Part shown: positions 9,653 through 20,900 of the stretch, piece by piece
Position numbering within the stretch: position 1 is the first letter of the stretch
How the letters are laid out: each line of letters begins with the position of its first letter
Assembly (NCBI GenBank): GCA_965369605.1
Contig: CBDURE010000001.1
Location: 781-64,780 of the forward strand
Direction: 5' to 3'
From: an uncultured bacterium
GTDB taxonomy: Bacteria; JAJVIF01; JAGGVT01
Length of the DNA stretch: 64,000 bases
Position numbers and translations under genes: made by a program
Notes under the pieces: model-generated
Told to the model about the DNA's origin: nothing
Databases searched by the model: none
Seen by the model: only the letters and a program-made list of their open reading frames with translations

Positions 9653-11050
9653 TTAACCTAGAGAAACAATATACGATTCATTCATATTTTGATTTAGATT
9701 GTCATTGAATGTGCATACAATTCTGCCATCAGGTGCGGGTAAAATCTGCCAGAAACATAATCGGGCATTGTCAGGAATAATTTCTAAGTCCTGAATATTT
9801 ATTTCCCATATTGTAACACCATCTTCACCTACCAAGGAAATACTATTTGAATGGCTATATAAAATCTTCCCATCCGAATATACTACTACCGCAGACATAT
9901 ACTGAAATTCTTCTATACTATTTGACCATTGTGCGCTTCCATCTTTGTTGATAGCTTTAAAACTATAAAAGCAACTATTCACCGTTTTTGACTGTGAATT
10001 CTTCATTGTGGGATCATTTGTGGAATAGATTAAAACATCACCGCTACTGTTTACTCCAGCTACTCTTGTTTGTTTTAGTATTGAGTTTAATTCTGATTTT
10101 ACGATTGAACCATCTTGGATTTCAATTAACTCAAACTCATCATAGGTTGATATAGCGATTTGTCCGTTGGATGAAACAAGTACTTGAGTAAATAAATCTA
10201 ACGAAAAAGTGCTATTGTTAATGTTATATTCCCAAATTGGTTCTAAATATTCTGTATAGCATGTTAAGGTATCACTCTTTAATTGTATCCAACCACCTGA
10301 GTCAATCTCCATAGCTTTTATAAAACTTGAGTTAGATATCCTTGGTTTCTTGTTATTGATCTTATTGACAAAATCATTTAAAGCCAACTGATTAAGTAGT
10401 GCTCCATCAGACATTGCATAAGTATTATATAGACTGGAACCTCCGTGACTTACTGGCATCATTATTCGATTGTTCGATATTCTCCATGCACCGGGTTCTG
10501 AATAAATTGCGGTGGCAGGTTCTGTTCTCCAGAGAGTATTTAGATCTAAATCAACACATTCCAAACTCACTAAGTGGTTTATACTTTCACGGAATTCATG
10601 GTTGATAAATATTATTACATTTTTGGTTAATGCAATTGGAGGATACATCTGATAGCTAGGTTGTGATTTAGACAATAGTACTGAACCTTCTTTTGACAAT
10701 TTAACAATATCAAATGGAGCTTTTAAATCAATTAATATTTTATCACTAATATTACTTTGAGTATATTTTAAAAACCATGTATGGCCGTTAGAATCAACAA
10801 TAAGACCACTGTTTAGTTTTATATTCTCCTTAACATACCATTCAACAGATGGTATGTTAGTAGGAGCTGTATAATCACATGCAATTGAATATGTTGACTT
10901 CAAGGGTTGATACTTCCAAGAATTATATAATAATTCTGAATTATTTAATGAGCGATGAAGAATACGACTAGGCAATATATCATCTCTTGGAATAGTGCAA
11001 CTAGTAAATAGGAATATTAATAGTAAAAGGATTAAGAATGAGTATCGCAT
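9653..11050 (-). CDS. hypothetical lipoprotein (possibly beta-propeller-like)
   Basis: 465-aa ORF. MRYSFLILLLLIFLFTSCTIP has a signal peptide and lipobox. It sits immediately downstream of the RHS-family gene on the same strand. Confidence 0.6.
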   Translation of the reverse strand: MRYSFLILLLLIFLFTSCTIPRDDILPSRILHRSLNNSELLYNSWKYQPLKSTYSIACDYTAPTNIPSVEWYVKENIKLNSGLIVDSNGHTWFLKYTQSNISDKILIDLKAPFDIVKLSKEGSVLLSKSQPSYQMYPPIALTKNVIIFINHEFRESINHLVSLECVDLDLNTLWRTEPATAIYSEPGAWRISNNRIMMPVSHGGSSLYNTYAMSDGALLNQLALNDFVNKINNKKPRISNSSFIKAMEIDSGGWIQLKSDTLTCYTEYLEPIWEYNINNSTFSLDLFTQVLVSSNGQIAISTYDEFELIEIQDGSIVKSELNSILKQTRVAGVNSSGDVLIYSTNDPTMKNSQSKTVNSCFYSFKAINKDGSAQWSNSIEEFQYMSAVVVYSDGKILYSHSNSISLVGEDGVTIWEINIQDLEIIPDNARLCFWQILPAPDGRIVCTFNDNLNQNMNESYIVSLG

Positions 11051-11075
11051 TTCAATCTACCTCTGGAAAATTCTA

Positions 11076-12926
11076 TTATATATAAATCGAATAAGGTTCA
11101 CTCAATCCGACAAAAAGATCGGGTCTTGCTTCATAACATTCCTTCGTAATTCCAGCACAATAACCAGGGAGACCATAAAATAAAAGATTAATATCAGAAC
11201 AACTTTCTGGTACAAACATTAAACTCCTAAAAGAAGGCGAACATGAGCTTATTTTACGACCCAAACAACCAATACATGCTTCAACGGTGCATGTACAAAT
11301 CATTCCACAATTCGGGCAATTAGCATCAAAAGAGTCATTCCTAATATCAGCAAAGAAAACGCAATGAGGAGCCTCTCTAACTAAACAAGCACAATACTTC
11401 TCACTAGCGCAAGACCTACAGTTGTCATAATTATCTTCTATTTTACCTACATTACATTGATATGCCGCCAAAAGCTGGTGAGACAAGCCGGGTAGTGGAA
11501 GAGGAGTTCCCGCAAGACATCCAACATAAAAATCATAAGCAGCATCTAAACACTTTCTAAGTTTGAGGCCTGGCCAGCGGAAAAATTTATGTACGCATTC
11601 TTCTTGATCCGATATCCACAGCTTATAACACCACAAGGGATCTCTACCCCATCTCGCATCAAGAGCGAGTGAAATACGCTTTATCTCATTGTTGCATTGT
11701 TCCATCTTTTCTTCCAACAGCAGTTTAACATTTAAACATTCCAATACATCACTGAGCCATATAAGTGCGCATTCAGCTCTTATTAAAAACATGTTATATT
11801 CGCTACAATCCAATCCAGTTCTATCAGTTGAAATAGTTGGCTTATTATTTGCATATCTATAGGGATTTAATCCAGCTGGATTTTCGCTAAGTTGACTAAT
11901 GTAATTCTGGCTGGCTGAGACCATCAGCGGTTCCCTCTGCAGGAAGATACCGAGGAATGGGAGGTAGTGGCGATGGTCGGTGTGATAGAGAGCCTGGTTG
12001 TCGTTGGTGGAACCGGAGTCACAATAGTCCTCTACACGAGTTGAGATATATCGCATGAAGTGCGCCCCGTTGGAATGTGCGTCGTCGAAATCAAGCCATG
12101 CGCCGTAACCGTCGGTGTTGTACCGCTCAGTCGTGACAGTGTATGCACCGCCGGAATACGTCACATTCACAATCGCCCGGACACTCCCCTGCGCGTCCTT
12201 CACCAGATAGCCCTCCTCATCGGGATCGGAATTGAAATCGATATCCTTCAGGTATCCGGTCTCACCGACATAGAGATCGTACGCGATGTCGCGCGAAACA
12301 ACAACTCCCTCCCTGGTCTCATCCCAAATCTGCATCAACGTCCTGCCGTCATGATAGAAAACCTGCGTGTAAGATGTTTCACCCACCGTCCAGGTCTTTT
12401 CCCGAATTCGCCCAAGCGCATCCCACTTCAGAGTGCGAGTGTCACCAGAATTGATTTGGTAAGTACTCAGGCGGTTCTTTCTGTCGTATGTGAAATCCAT
12501 TTGCAAAAGGTCGAACTGACTGGGGCCACTGGTAACAGTAACCGCAGGCAACTGAGTCATATTACCGTTAGCATCATACGTTGGCACAAGATTGCTGCTC
12601 GCACTACCACCACCTGAGACCGCATTGTCCCAATCGGTAATGTGCGCACCTTTGGAATATGTGATTGTGTATTCGATCGAGTCATCACCCTCCAGAATCT
12701 TCTTTTTGGTCATGTTTCCGTTTATATCGTAGGTGTACTCCCGTGCACGGTAAACATCCATTCTCTCGGTAGTAGAATTATACTTGAGATATCTTTCCTC
12801 CACCAGCCTGTCGCGGTAATCGTATTCGTAAATGGCGTTATACTGAGGCCAGGTGTCTTCGCGTGTATTCCACACAGTCTGACGGACTCTGCGTCCCTTT
12901 TTGTCATATTTATACTCAACAGCCAC
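11076..12926 (-). CDS. RHS/YD-repeat family protein (short, no N-terminal secretion domain) with Cys-rich C-terminal toxin-like domain
   Basis: YD repeats are present (YEYDYRDRL, YTYDINGNM, YDANGNM, FTYDRKNRL). The RHS core ends in NPYRYANNKPTISTDRTGL, which matches the conserved PxRYxxNNP...DPxGL core terminus. This is followed by ~245 aa of unrelated sequence with many Cys pairs (CxxC/CxC). There is no signal peptide. The ORF cannot extend 5' because the upstream gene ends 82 bp away. Confidence 0.7.
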   Translation of the reverse strand: MAVEYKYDKKGRRVRQTVWNTREDTWPQYNAIYEYDYRDRLVEERYLKYNSTTERMDVYRAREYTYDINGNMTKKKILEGDDSIEYTITYSKGAHITDWDNAVSGGGSASSNLVPTYDANGNMTQLPAVTVTSGPSQFDLLQMDFTYDRKNRLSTYQINSGDTRTLKWDALGRIREKTWTVGETSYTQVFYHDGRTLMQIWDETREGVVVSRDIAYDLYVGETGYLKDIDFNSDPDEEGYLVKDAQGSVRAIVNVTYSGGAYTVTTERYNTDGYGAWLDFDDAHSNGAHFMRYISTRVEDYCDSGSTNDNQALYHTDHRHYLPFLGIFLQREPLMVSASQNYISQLSENPAGLNPYRYANNKPTISTDRTGLDCSEYNMFLIRAECALIWLSDVLECLNVKLLLEEKMEQCNNEIKRISLALDARWGRDPLWCYKLWISDQEECVHKFFRWPGLKLRKCLDAAYDFYVGCLAGTPLPLPGLSHQLLAAYQCNVGKIEDNYDNCRSCASEKYCACLVREAPHCVFFADIRNDSFDANCPNCGMICTCTVEACIGCLGRKISSCSPSFRSLMFVPESCSDINLLFYGLPGYCAGITKECYEARPDLFVGLSEPYSIYI

Positions 12927-13008
12927 GGTGACAGCCTATATCAAGTTCTATATTATGCATAATAGAGTGTAAACGCTTATAGAGTTGTCTGCGGAACGGA
13001 ATTTTCCC

Positions 13009-14214
13009 CTATTCCTTAAATAGATTCTCCCGCTTCACAGTAATCCTGACTTTATTCCCATATCTGTCAAATACAAATGAAATCTCACTGCCAACCTCAC
13101 CCATTACCATTTCAGATATTTCGAGTGCATCAAAGCCGGTAACATCGATTCCGTCAATCGTGAGTATTTTGTCTCCAACCTGAATGTCGGCATCCATCGC
13201 GGGTGTGTCGGGGAGAACATGATCGACAAAGGGAGCGTTGTCCTCGTACGCCACCATGAATCCGACTGAATCGAACAAGTGAGGCCATCTGTCCCTGAAA
13301 TGTTCGTACGGTTCGAGTATCAGGCGCTGGTTCGGGTAATCGAAAGTAACACGAAAATATCGCAGGAATGTCCAGCCGATAACGCCATGCACAGGCTTTC
13401 CGGCGATAAGGTTAAGCCCCATTCCCAATATGCCGGCATCAATAACGGCTGTGACCATCGATTCAATGCCTGCGTCGCCGATATGGAATTTCGGCATGAG
13501 GAAAATATCAGCCTTTAATTTACCAAGAAAAGTCGCTTCCTCCCATCCGGCTGAGCATGCCCAATTTTCATAGTTAGGAAATTTATTCGCCAGTCGATGC
13601 TTGAAGTAAACCGTGCTTGTCGCGCCAGTATCAACAAGGAAAGCAAACTGCTCATCCGAGTCCATGGGACGGGCATAGAGGAACACCATTTTATTCAGAA
13701 CGTGAATTGGCGTTGCTATCGCGTCAGAGCGTAAAACAGGCGGTTCATCTGATAGCGTGAAGTAACTCTCCTGGTAATCAACTGTCAGATAGTATTTCTG
13801 CAGAAAATCACCTCCGAGAATCGCCATCAGCTCGAATCCGAGATGCCTGTCAACGATTGACAGGTCGAAACCGGTAACAAGGACATCATCGAAATACCAC
13901 TCGCCGAATCCAAATTCCTCAACTTCGTATTGGTCTATCATACCGGCTCCAAGCAAAGCCAGCGGACTCTTTTTCTTCTCAAGCCCGATTCTTTCAGCTA
14001 CTTTTGTGTTGATAATGGATGTGTCCGCGCCGGTGTCCAGAAGGAATATGCCCTCCACTCCGTTTATTTCACCCTCGAACAGGATTATTCCAATGAAATT
14101 CGTGAAATCAACCCGGTTGACATCCGCGCTTGCGAGTGTCGGGCAAAAAGCAATCGAAGCGATTACAAACAGCAGTATGAAAAGTAGATTTTTAGTTTTG
14201 TTCATGTTAACCAT
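13009..14214 (-). CDS. secreted retropepsin-like aspartic protease (two DTGA lobes) with C-terminal PDZ domain
   Basis: Signal peptide present. Two aspartyl-protease active-site motifs, LLDTGADTSII and LVDTGATSTVY. The C-terminal segment (IQVGDKILTIDGIDV...GSEISFVFDRYGNKVRITV) looks like a PDZ fold. Confidence 0.7.
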   Translation of the reverse strand: MVNMNKTKNLLFILLFVIASIAFCPTLASADVNRVDFTNFIGIILFEGEINGVEGIFLLDTGADTSIINTKVAERIGLEKKKSPLALLGAGMIDQYEVEEFGFGEWYFDDVLVTGFDLSIVDRHLGFELMAILGGDFLQKYYLTVDYQESYFTLSDEPPVLRSDAIATPIHVLNKMVFLYARPMDSDEQFAFLVDTGATSTVYFKHRLANKFPNYENWACSAGWEEATFLGKLKADIFLMPKFHIGDAGIESMVTAVIDAGILGMGLNLIAGKPVHGVIGWTFLRYFRVTFDYPNQRLILEPYEHFRDRWPHLFDSVGFMVAYEDNAPFVDHVLPDTPAMDADIQVGDKILTIDGIDVTGFDALEISEMVMGEVGSEISFVFDRYGNKVRITVKRENLFKE

Positions 14215-14360
14215 CCGTATAATTCCAGAATTAGTTATGCAATCAGATTTAATCGCACATTGTATAGGAGCGCTTTACAAAAGTAAAATCTCAGATTCTG
14301 TAGTATTCACTACAAGCAAACTTTCAAGGTCATGTATAATATCGCCATTGCCGGAGGTAA

Positions 14361-15407
14361 ATCATCAATATCGATTTCCTAAATAACGAAGACACAACGC
14401 GGTTTCGCAATCTTGATGAAATCTTCCTTAAACCGCGCGATGAATTACAGCGCGAATTCTCCGATTATTTCGTCAAATATCACGCGAGGTTAATTCGTGA
14501 AAGCGGATATTTATCCTGCGTTCTCAATTATGTCCGATGGTTTTCCGACCTGCTTGAGGTTTCTGATAAGGAGATTCTGGATATCGGCTGCGGCTTTGGC
14601 GTTTATACACTGATGTTCGCTTTCTTCGGCGCGAGGCGGGTTTACGGCGCTGACCACAATCAGGAAAAAATTGCTCTGTTCGAAAAATTGCTTGCGCAAA
14701 TTCAACCTGAAATAAAAAACGTATCTCCATCTTTGCAGGATGGACTCACACTAAATTACGAAAGCGGCAAATTCACGGCGATTTTTGTCAAGGATGTCAT
14801 TTCACACGTGCGTGAACTCGGGGGATTTCTGGATGAGATGTCGAGGCTTCTCGCACCCGGCGGTTTGATTCTGATCACGGATGAAAACAACGCGCTTGAA
14901 TTCGCGGGAAAGAGAGAACGCCGCGAAAAATGGCTCGCATGGGAGGATAGGGGAGTTAAAAAAGAGGACCTTAGAAAAGGCGAACCTCATCAAACCTACT
15001 TTGAAATGAGAAGAGAGGATATCGCGAATCACATTTCAAACCTGGATTTACCATCCAGCGATATCGACCGTGATAATCTGCTCGATAAATTAGCGTCAAT
15101 GACAAAGGGCCTATGGGGAGATGAAATTGCTCAGGGCGTGAATCAGATTCTTGAATCGGGTGAATTGAAAATCAAACCGGAATTTTTATATCGGCATCCA
15201 CGAACAGGCGAATTCATGGAGCGTGAGTTTAATCCGTTCAAACTAGCGACCGTGATGGGCAATCACGGCATTAATGCCAGAGTTGTTCCGGCTCGATTTT
15301 TCACCCAAAAGCCAATGCTTAATTTCGCGGGGAAAGTGATTAGCGCGATGCATCCGCTTTCGATCTACATCCAGCCGAATTTTTATATCCTTGGTGAAAA
15401 ACAGTAA
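14361..15407 (+). CDS. class I SAM-dependent methyltransferase, with an unclear or non-canonical start
   Basis: The first in-frame ATG is at 14613. The SAM-binding motif ILDIGCGFGVY, encoded at ~14574-14606, lies upstream of it in the same open frame. That frame is open back to the stop codon at 14358-14360, with no ATG, GTG or TTG in between. A motif II-like LAPGGLILI follows downstream. Either the gene uses a rare start codon or it is 5'-disrupted. Confidence 0.5.
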   Translation: MINIDFLNNEDTTRFRNLDEIFLKPRDELQREFSDYFVKYHARLIRESGYLSCVLNYVRWFSDLLEVSDKEILDIGCGFGVYTLMFAFFGARRVYGADHNQEKIALFEKLLAQIQPEIKNVSPSLQDGLTLNYESGKFTAIFVKDVISHVRELGGFLDEMSRLLAPGGLILITDENNALEFAGKRERREKWLAWEDRGVKKEDLRKGEPHQTYFEMRREDIANHISNLDLPSSDIDRDNLLDKLASMTKGLWGDEIAQGVNQILESGELKIKPEFLYRHPRTGEFMEREFNPFKLATVMGNHGINARVVPARFFTQKPMLNFAGKVISAMHPLSIYIQPNFYILGEKQ

Positions 15408-15598
15408 TAGCCATGCGTAAGAGTGCCGCTTGGAATTTGTCTCAGAACCTCCAAACAGAAAGATAAACATAATTCGAGCGTAAGCGGCAGTTAAGAAACT
15501 ATAGGTTTTAAATGTAACCCGGCATCCCTTTGCCGGGGAAACAGGTGGCTATCTCACGCAAAGCCGCGGTGAAGGGACACCGGGTTACAATTTGTTCT

Positions 15599-15625
15599 GT
15601 CATTCTTCGCTTCGCTCAGAATGAC
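15599..15625. repeat. GTCATTC-family hairpin (gtcattc-ttcgcttcgctca-gaatgac)
   Basis: Perfect 7-bp palindromic arms. The inner sequence matches 51933-51953. It is embedded in a 300-bp structured convergent intergenic region with further inverted repeats (tgtaacccgg/ccgggttaca). Confidence 0.55.
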
Positions 15626-15719
15626 ATTGTTTTGCACATAATTCTATGTTTTGAGACAGCTTATGAAACACGTTCCAAGGTTCGCCCCCCACGATACTTC
15701 CATCTACATAATCGACTTT

Positions 15720-16307
15720 TTACAAAGTCGGCGGATTGCCCTCAACGAAATTCACAGGCGCTTTGAATATGAATTTCTCCGCAAGGCCGATATGCACATT
15801 GCGTGACAACGTTGATGTAAACTCACCCTCAACTGATTCACCCGCTGTCTGCGACATGTTAACAATTGAAATATCGATTGAGTCACCAACGAAAACATCT
15901 CTGTCATCGTTAACATCCATCCATGTCATAAATACGCTAGATGCGAGGTCTTGGGCGATATTGTATTGCCCTCCCGCGCTGGCCTGATAGATATCACTGA
16001 TTTTCAGCGCGACATACGGTTTGAAATCCGTTGTGACAATGTCGTTCAAATCAATCGATTTAGGAACGAAATAAATCCAGATTGAATTGTCAAGCGGAGT
16101 GCCTGCGGTGTCAGTGTAGACAACAGCGTAAATGTCTCGAATAGCAAGGTCAACGGTAATGCCGTCAACTTCGGTGTTGGCGTAGTAGATTGGGTCGATT
16201 ATGAATCCGGGATAACCAAAATATCCCCCGCCACCATCGCCGGTGCAGCCGTAAAGCGACATCAGAAGGATAACGATTATGAAGGCATAGGTAATCTTTT
16301 TCATCAT
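15720..16307 (-). CDS. hypothetical lipoprotein
   Basis: 195 aa. MMKKITYAFIIVILLMSLYGCTGD has a signal peptide and lipobox. Confidence 0.55.
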   Translation of the reverse strand: MMKKITYAFIIVILLMSLYGCTGDGGGGYFGYPGFIIDPIYYANTEVDGITVDLAIRDIYAVVYTDTAGTPLDNSIWIYFVPKSIDLNDIVTTDFKPYVALKISDIYQASAGGQYNIAQDLASSVFMTWMDVNDDRDVFVGDSIDISIVNMSQTAGESVEGEFTSTLSRNVHIGLAEKFIFKAPVNFVEGNPPTL

Positions 16308-16411
16308 GAAGCACCATCCGTGAAGTTATGAGTTTTCCATGACATTTTAAGTTTAATAAAATAAGATTGCAAATTAATTTGGTGGATATTAAAGATTGTT
16401 TCAGCGGGGAT

Positions 16412-17620
16412 TTAGCCATCAACCTCAATATAGTAATTATCGAAACTGGCCCATGAACCGGCGCAGACATACAGGCCGGCGAATCCTGAACTGAGGTCAT
16501 TCTTCACTTTTAAATTTTTCACTTTCTTATCATTCACATACAGCCTGAAATCATTGCCTTTTACCTGAATCTCAATCCGATTTTCCTGGTATGGTTTCAT
16601 GTTTGAGATGTAGATTTTTTCCACCAGCGTTTCAAATCCGCCCTTGTAACGGTAAAGAGCGTAAAAGCCTTCGGGAGATAAATCAAACAGGTAAAATCCT
16701 TCTTCCGACCCTCTGAATACGAGTCCGTTGCCCGTCATCGGATGTCCGCCCTCGAATCGGATATCAACACCCATTTTGAAATCGTAAATATCGAGATCAA
16801 TGTCCGGCACGTAAACATCGATATTCTTATCCCGGTTGTCCACATGATAACGCCCGTTCTCGTAATACTGCCGACGGCTGCCGTAATCATCGCTTGTTTC
16901 ACCGGCGGGGAATCTTGCGGGATACTCGAAATCATCAAAGATAATTGATTCGCTGCCGTCCGCGTTTTCAACATTCGTCATCATATTGGGGTCGCTATCA
17001 TACAGGTACAATTCTGAATTATTCGTGGTGTTTGTCGGAGTGCCGTAGTACCAGTGATTCTTCACCGCGAGAAATGAAATCCTGTGCGATTTGCTGTCGA
17101 ATTTGATAGTTTTTACAATTCCGAAAATTTCATCCTGGCCATCTTCATCATAGCTATAGAAAATAGCTTTGAGGAAATGGTCGCCGACTCTTGAAAATAA
17201 GAGGGTTAATTTAGGGAATTCGTGCTCAGGATTTGAGGACATGGATAAACTGGCGCAAGTGCAGTCAAGATCGCCGATTTTTTCCTCTTTCAATTCGATA
17301 TCCTCGGACATGGATATTTCAAAGAGCGTTTCATTGGCAAACTCGATTAGAGAAAGTCCCTTTACCGGGAAGAAACTTAAAAATAATTCAGCAGTGTCGC
17401 TGTGGATTGATTTGATTTCAATCATGTAGTCACCGCGCTCAGATATTTCACCATTGTCTGTAACTACCCATCCATCGGGAACATCAAGAGTAAATCCGAA
17501 GATTCGCTGATGGTACACATTGTCGCTGATATCGTAGATTGCCTCAGCAGACCATGCCCACATGCCAATGCAGATGGCGATAAGAAGAGTGAAATATGCA
17601 ATCGCGTAAGTGAAGCGCAT
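16412..17620 (-). CDS. hypothetical secreted protein
   Basis: 402 aa. An N-terminal hydrophobic signal or anchor (MRFTYAIAYFTLLIAICIGMWAWSAEA). No recognisable motif. Confidence 0.55.
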   Translation of the reverse strand: MRFTYAIAYFTLLIAICIGMWAWSAEAIYDISDNVYHQRIFGFTLDVPDGWVVTDNGEISERGDYMIEIKSIHSDTAELFLSFFPVKGLSLIEFANETLFEISMSEDIELKEEKIGDLDCTCASLSMSSNPEHEFPKLTLLFSRVGDHFLKAIFYSYDEDGQDEIFGIVKTIKFDSKSHRISFLAVKNHWYYGTPTNTTNNSELYLYDSDPNMMTNVENADGSESIIFDDFEYPARFPAGETSDDYGSRRQYYENGRYHVDNRDKNIDVYVPDIDLDIYDFKMGVDIRFEGGHPMTGNGLVFRGSEEGFYLFDLSPEGFYALYRYKGGFETLVEKIYISNMKPYQENRIEIQVKGNDFRLYVNDKKVKNLKVKNDLSSGFAGLYVCAGSWASFDNYYIEVDG

Positions 17621-17916
17621 ATGTAATAAAATCGCATTTTGGGAGCTGATGGTTATTCATTAATCTTAACGTTTAAGTGGATTTTGGTTGATTTCATACC
17701 ACTAATAATGCTATAAATATACTTAACTTAAAAGAGTCTGGGGAGTTTCATTAGTATTGAATCAATTTTAAGGGAAAAGTTTTCCTCAGAGAGGGAGTTA
17801 TATCCTCTCAAAAGATTTACTACCGGGATAATGAAGTTCGGTAATAGTAGTATATCCATAATATTAGGCCTAAGTAATGAAATTTAAAGCTATCTATCAA
17901 CTCTTGGAGGTTAGTC

Positions 17917-20900
17917 ATGTTTAGATTTATCACTACCCTTTCTTTGGTTTTGATGCTTGTGGCAATGGTCACGGCATGTTCTTCAGGAGGCAGTATCATA
18001 CCGGATGGTCCGGATGGATTTTCAGCATCATCCCAAATGCCGATCTATCTTAATCCTTCGACTGAAGGTGTGAAATCCGGGACTGGTGCTCTGGGCGTTT
18101 ACCAGATTATCATCGACAATAGTTCGTTGAATTATGATGTGCTTCCGCTCAGGTATTCAAGTTTTGTGCCAAGAGAGTATGAAACGGATTTAACACTGGC
18201 ACTGACATCATCTTTCTGCAAGGATTGTTTCAAAGTAAACGGCATTACACTTAATGCCAGCGAAAATATCCTTCTGGAAGTTGGAGTAAAACACCCCTTT
18301 TCGCAGGTTACAAATTTGCCGGCACCGAGACCGCAGCGGCCTGACCTGCATGTATTCGATGTCCAGGGAATTGTTGTGGTTGAAGGCACAGCTGGTTTCC
18401 CACGATCAGGAATAACACTGAATCCTGATTTCGTGGTTAATCCTGAAGGCTTTACCAGTGTCTTTGACGCAGCGATTGACAGTATTGGCGGTTCGTTCAC
18501 AACCGCAGCAAACGCTCACCCTTTCAAGATTCTCAGTATGGGCAATTTTGTTAATCCGAGCGATGATATTGGCAACTATGATCCGAGCAGCCTGAACGGA
18601 TATCCAAATCCAAGCGGGATCATGAATCCAACCGGATTTAACGTAATGAAAGGCGGATGTGAATATTTCAATACAACATACGAATTGAAATCAGAGGGAG
18701 CATCAACAAGCTTCTTGTTTGCTGTTACCTGTTCATTCGGCGAATCCGCCAAAGGAGTGGGCTCCGATCTTCAAAAACGTGACAGTCCCATTTACCTGCT
18801 GCCGGCTTTCTCGAAGCCTGAAGCATGGAAGGTGGCTGTTGATATTGAAAACAACGATCTTGCGGATAATGATAACACCTCAACAGCTGATATTGTTATA
18901 CGCGTGGCGGACTGGCAGGAAGCATACGGCGCCACTCCTCCGAATCCGGCTTTTGACCCCTCTATCGATGTCGCGGTTGCTAGAAACACGCTTATCCAAG
19001 CAAGTGGAATCCACAATGTGGTGGTTGATATTCCCAGCTTGAACTTCATGGGTGATGACGCCATAGCTCAGAGTGAAATTCCCACAGGCGATTCCACCTA
19101 TCTGGTTCCAAGCACATACAGAATCACTGTCAACAACGATGAGTTCGCGAGTGAAATACCTAATCCGAACAATCCTCCACAGTTCTGGGGCCTCGTGGCG
19201 ATCCAGGATGACCTTGCCGGAACGGCAAATCCGAATGGGGGTATTGATCGTGAGCTGATCGTACCGGATTCCATATTCTCGATAAGTGATTACACAACCT
19301 ATCAGGTTTTTGGAATCAGCATTTTCCCACCGAATATTCCACCGACTCCGAACATTACATGTGTTGTTCCGGGTGGAGTTGAACCATTCCCAATCAACTC
19401 AGGCGACTTTCCTGATTTCCACGGGAATTCATCAATTGACTCGGATGGCGCAATTGTTGATTACGAGTGGGATTTCGATTATGACAACATAACTCATAAT
19501 TTCGCCGACCCCTCTGACCCTGAATATTACACTGATGCTGACATAACCGTTGCGGCTGATCCTCCGCCCCATAAGATGAACAATCTTCTGGCTGTTAACG
19601 CATCGAAGTATGTTGCCCTTCGCGTTACTGATGATTCAGCGGGCGCAACGACAAGTATCATGTATGTCGAGGTTGATATTGGTCCTAACCTGAATCCAAT
19701 ACCTGATTTGGGCATTACATTTTACGGTACCCTGTTTCCTGCCGCGCCATATACTTTCTATGAGGATGAGAGAGTAACACTGTTGCCGGGACCCTTGACA
19801 AGCGATGATGGCGCTATCGTAACCTATCAGTACGATTTCAGTTATGATGGCACGCAATTCTACGTTGAAGCCGCGAACACCAACGGTGATCCGATTCTCT
19901 CGCCTGTTCAATTTCAGGGAGCTGTAACTATGGCAACCAAGGTGAACGATAATGGACAACCGTACGCGAGCGCAATTGACTCGAAAGTGGTTACCGTTCT
20001 TGGAACTGCGGTGAATATACCGGTGCAGGTTTCCCTGGTGGGCGCTTCCGGAGTCGATTTGGTTAACGCAGGATTCAAATCAATCGCTGCTGGAAACACA
20101 ACTATTGCTTGCGCGTGGGCGCAGACCGGAAATATGGCTGACATTTTTTATTCAGTTAGTGTTGATAACGGTCTCACATGGGCCGCCCCTGCGATTCTGA
20201 ATACCACCGCAGTTGCAACCCAGCAGAGTGTGTCGCTTACTGTTAACCCGACAACTGATACGTACTATGCAGCCTTCGAGGATAACTCAGGAGGTCCTCT
20301 GGGTATTTCCTGGGCGATTTCCGATGCCAATTGCGCGGGATGGCAAGCGATCAATCAGGGACTTTTACCTCCTGTGGGAACGAATCCGGATGATCCATCC
20401 ATCGCTATTAATCCCACTACCGGCCAGGTCTATATTACATATATTGATACTCTGGCTGGTCAAAAAGAAGTAATCGTTCGGACATCGCTTGACAACGGCA
20501 CGACTTGGAATGTCCCGGTTGGCGGAGTCAACTCCGATAACACCAGCGACCGCACAGACCCAAGTATCACTTGGGATGCGACTGGCAATCTGGTTGGTGT
20601 CGCGTGGGATGATTACAGAAACAGCAGCGACTACCAGATTTATTTCAATTGGAGTAATGCTACTGCTACTGCATTCCAGGTGGCGGATGTTCAGGTTGTC
20701 CCAACTGCGGATGGCCAGAATGACCCATCGCTGGAATGTGATGCAGGAACATGGATTATGACTTACGATGATTTGTCCGCAACCACTGAACTTTATTTCA
20801 CATCAAGCGCTGATGGAATAACGTGGCTGGCTCCGGTTGATGTAACCGATAATACGGACAGTGTTCATAATAACTCCTCGCTCTGTATTGATGGCCTTGG

